Below, piece after piece: positions 60,995 to 64,000 of a stretch of 64,000 nucleotides of DNA. The DNA comes from an uncultured Planctomycetaceae bacterium (GTDB taxonomy: Bacteria > Planctomycetota > Planctomycetia > Isosphaerales > Isosphaeraceae), in the NCBI GenBank assembly GCA_963833985.1, contig CAWIAD010000002.1:608001-672000 (forward strand), read 5' to 3'. The translations under genes were made by a program, and so were the position numbers. A model generated the notes under the pieces. The model ran no database searches, had not been told where the DNA came from, and saw only the letters and a program-made list of their open reading frames with translations. How positions within the stretch are numbered: the stretch's first letter is position 1; the number at the start of each line of letters is the position of its first letter.

Positions 60995-63013
60995 TCACGG
61001 CTCCATCAACGGCCGGGCAATGTGGAAACCATCGATGATCACATCACCGTCTCCGCAGGCAATGAGCTCCACACGGTGCGGGCCGGGCGTGAGGTTGCGA
61101 ACCAGCGGAACAGAGAACACGCGCCGCTCCGCGCCGCGGACGTGAACGGCGGGGGCCACCGTGCGGAGCACATGGAACTGGAACCTGTCGCCGGCGCGGT
61201 TTCCGTACACCACCTTGCCGCCCGGCAGAAGGCTCGTGTTGTGACGCCAGAGCGCCGGATTGATGGCGATCTGGGCCGAGCGGCTGACGAACGGCCGCAC
61301 GTTGTTGCCGACGCCGTCGGGACCGGTGACGGCCCCCTCCAGCCGGTAGTCGCCCGCGTCGCTGGTCATGACAATCGACCACTCCTGCGGCACGATCCCG
61401 GCCCGCAGCACAACGGCATGCGGGGCCACGTCGCCGGGGCCGGGACCGTTCAGTACCGGCGGGCCAGGCCCTGGCCGAGGCAGAATGAAATCCATCGCGA
61501 ACGCCGCGCAGGCGTCCGGTTCCTGGCCGTCGACGCGCACGCGGGCGGTCCCGCCGTCAGCAGCCGTCAGGCCGATGAGCGTGAGCTGGCTGCCGGTGAA
61601 CCGCACCTCGATCCGCGCCTCACTGCTCCGCGTGCGCACGGCGCCGCCCGCTCGCGTCCAGCCTTCCGAGAGCACCACCCCGTCCGACCCGCCGGGCGAG
61701 GCAGTCGCGGCGCGGATGATCCGCTCGCGGCCATCAGGCAGGCCCACCGACTCTTGAGCCGGCGGCGCGATATGCCGGACGATGTTGTCCCAGATCCGGA
61801 TCACCCCGTGCCGGTTCTGATGTACGGCGTCGACGAGCAGATCGCGCGGAGACATCGCCTGACGCCGCAGGTACGAGGCGAGCTCACGGCGGTTGTCAAT
61901 GAACTCGGCGCGGTGCTTGCGGCAGATGGTGCGGATCGCCTCCCAGTCGACCACCCCGCGCTCCACGTCCTCATCGCTCAGCGTACTGTTCTCGAAGAAA
62001 TGGAGGCTGGGCACGATCACGTCGGCCGTGCTGCGGCTGCGGATGGAGCCGAGCAGCGCATCGAGCCCTTCCGGGCTGCCGTTGGTGTACGTGAGGATGA
62101 GATCGGGCTCGTCGGCCGCGACGAACTGCTCAACCCAGCCTCGCACGTAGTCCCAGGGCGTGCCCGATCCGGCATGTTTGCGATAAACAAGTTCTGGCGC
62201 TTTGGGGAACCGCTCGCGTATGGCGCGGAGGAGCGGATAGCCGTCGCCCTGGAAGTTGGTCCAGCTTGAGCCGATGGCCCAGATCAGAAATGGCTTCCCG
62301 GGGACCCCGCGGCCCTGCCACTTGGCGATCGAGAGCGCCAGATTCTGGCCGGCGCCCGGCACTGGCGAGTCGTCGTAGTAAGGCAATACCGCGCGTTCGG
62401 CGGCATAGGCAGCCGACATCTCCTCCCAGGTGGCAGTGCGCAGGCGGAGGTCGTCCACGGCGATGAACTCGCCGGCGTGACCGCCTTGCATCGGCTGGAT
62501 CTGGAGCCGGATGGTGCGGGCATCGGCCGGCGCCAGCACGAAGTAGGCCAGGTGCCTCCAGCGGCCGTCTGTTGCAGGCACGCCCGGGTAATGGTCGCCG
62601 AAGGTCCTGAGCCGCAGGTCGGCGTTGAACTCCACCGCCGCCCACTCGGCGACCGGCGACCGGAGCCAGAATGAGAGAAGGTGCGGCCGGCCCGGCTCGA
62701 TCCGCAGCCAGGGCGTCATGAGGACCCCGCCCTTGCCCGCCGGGATCCGCGTGTACCGCCGGCCCTGCGGAGCATCGTCCGCCGTGACGACCTCACCTCC
62801 CGCCGGCCAGCTCGGCGGCCGGTCGCTGGCCTCAAAGTCAGCTGCCGGGATGGAGATCTCAACGGTTCCCGCCGGTGGTCCCGACCGCGTCTCCAGCACG
62901 ACGTAGCACCCAAGCCGCTCGGGCAGCGCACGCTGCTGCGCCTGCACTGCCGGGAGCCAGATCGAAGTCATGAGGAATGTCGCCAAACCCACTCTCAGGG
63001 AGATGCCGCTCAT
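60995..63013 (-). CDS. Secreted hypothetical protein, CBM-like domain plus SGNH-like domain
   Basis: Signal peptide; AIGSSWT and DAVH motifs suggest an SGNH fold. Confidence 0.6.
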   Translation of the reverse strand: MSGISLRVGLATFLMTSIWLPAVQAQQRALPERLGCYVVLETRSGPPAGTVEISIPAADFEASDRPPSWPAGGEVVTADDAPQGRRYTRIPAGKGGVLMTPWLRIEPGRPHLLSFWLRSPVAEWAAVEFNADLRLRTFGDHYPGVPATDGRWRHLAYFVLAPADARTIRLQIQPMQGGHAGEFIAVDDLRLRTATWEEMSAAYAAERAVLPYYDDSPVPGAGQNLALSIAKWQGRGVPGKPFLIWAIGSSWTNFQGDGYPLLRAIRERFPKAPELVYRKHAGSGTPWDYVRGWVEQFVAADEPDLILTYTNGSPEGLDALLGSIRSRSTADVIVPSLHFFENSTLSDEDVERGVVDWEAIRTICRKHRAEFIDNRRELASYLRRQAMSPRDLLVDAVHQNRHGVIRIWDNIVRHIAPPAQESVGLPDGRERIIRAATASPGGSDGVVLSEGWTRAGGAVRTRSSEARIEVRFTGSQLTLIGLTAADGGTARVRVDGQEPDACAAFAMDFILPRPGPGPPVLNGPGPGDVAPHAVVLRAGIVPQEWSIVMTSDAGDYRLEGAVTGPDGVGNNVRPFVSRSAQIAINPALWRHNTSLLPGGKVVYGNRAGDRFQFHVLRTVAPAVHVRGAERRVFSVPLVRNLTPGPHRVELIACGDGDVIIDGFHIARPLMEP

Positions 63014-63101
63014 GTTCGCCCCAGAAGTTCGGCGCTCACGCAAGGCGGTCTACTGACACTCGGCGTGCGTGATCGCCCGAGCGTTCGTTCGCTGTCAGCG
63101 G

Positions 63102-63134
63102 GCATCGAGGCGGCAGGCACCGGCGCCTCGATGC
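63102..63134. terminator. 11-bp perfect hairpin downstream of scpA
   Basis: GCATCGAGGCG / CGCCTCGATGC. Confidence 0.45.
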
Positions 63135-63168
63135 AGGGGTGAAAAGGCCGTCCATTCGCACTTCTGAC

Positions 63169-64000
63169 TCACGCGTGCACCCGAGCGGCCTTGATGGCGG
63201 CCAGCACCTGCTTGGCGCAGGTGGGGATGGGCGTGCCGGGGCCGAAGATGCCCGCGGCGCCGGACTGGTAGAGGAAATCGTAGTCCTGGGCGGGAATCAC
63301 GCCGCCCACGAAGACCGTGATATCCTCGGCGCCCTGGTCCTTGAGCGCCTGCACCAGGGCCGGCACCAGCGTTTTGTGGCCGGCGGCCAGCGTCGAGACG
63401 CCAATGGCATGGCAGTCGTTCTCGATCGCCTGGCGGGCGGCCTCCTCGGGGGTCTGGAAGAGCGGGCCGATGTCGATGTCGAAGCCCAGGTCGGCCAGTG
63501 CCGTGGCAACCACCTTCGCGCCCCGGTCGTGACCGTCCTGGCCCAGCTTGGCCACCATCACCCGCGGCCGCCGGCCTTCCGCCTGGGAGAACGCTTCCAC
63601 GTCGGCCTTGAGGTCGTGCCATTCCTGGTCCATGCCGTAGGCCGCGCCGTATACGCCGGAAATCACCTGGTTGGTGGCGCGGAACCGGCCCCAGACTTTC
63701 TCGAGCGCGTCGGAAACCTCGCCCACCGTGGCCCGCGCGGACCGCCTGCACGGTCAGGTCCAGCAGGTTCCCATCGCCCGTGCGCGCGCACTGGGTGAGG
63801 GCGTCGAGTGCCTGCTGCACGGCCGGCGCCTTGCGTCCGGCGCGGACCTTGTTCAGCCGCTCGATCTGCGAATCGCGCACGGCCGAGTTGTCGATCTCGC
63901 GGATGTCGACCGGCGTCTCCTGCTTCAGCCGGTACTTGTTCACGCCCACGATGACGTCCTTGCCCGAGTCGATCTTGGCCTGCTTGTCGGCCGCGCACTC
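63169..64000 (-). CDS. scpA: Methylmalonyl-CoA mutase, 3' part (5' end outside window); frameshift near 63735
   Basis: [29 protein letters not shown] (B12-binding DxHxxG), GGVIPAQDY. Confidence 0.95.

Overview
High-GC bacterial chromosome segment, most likely a planctomycete (Isosphaeraceae-like; inferred from two proteins with the 'LExRxLL' extracellular N-terminal motif and a PEP-CTERM-like protein). About 43 genes. Left to right: two divergent class I aldolases; an ECF sigma/zinc anti-sigma operon; an acyl-CoA ligase plus hydrolase; a complete IS1634-family element (19-bp terminal inverted repeats, 6-bp target duplication) beside an SBD-HNH-type nuclease; housekeeping and glycosyltransferase genes; a 7.5-kb adhesin-like gene; an apparently circularly permuted alkaline phosphatase; glgC; APC and ClC transporters; and asnB. 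The asnB 3' end is duplicated around a 1.7-kb integrase-less cassette carrying its own promoter, an ABC-type ATPase and a TOPRIM-like gene (candidate defence module). Then come a LarA-family gene, a PHA synthesis operon (phasin-like, phaA, short phaE-like, phaB, class III phaC) and pccA-pccB-meaB-scpA. About 15 genes/sites carry 1-2 nt frameshifts, most likely long-read errors; 13 of them map at GCGC. No rRNA, tRNA or CRISPR array was seen. All calls come from motif reading only; no searches were run.
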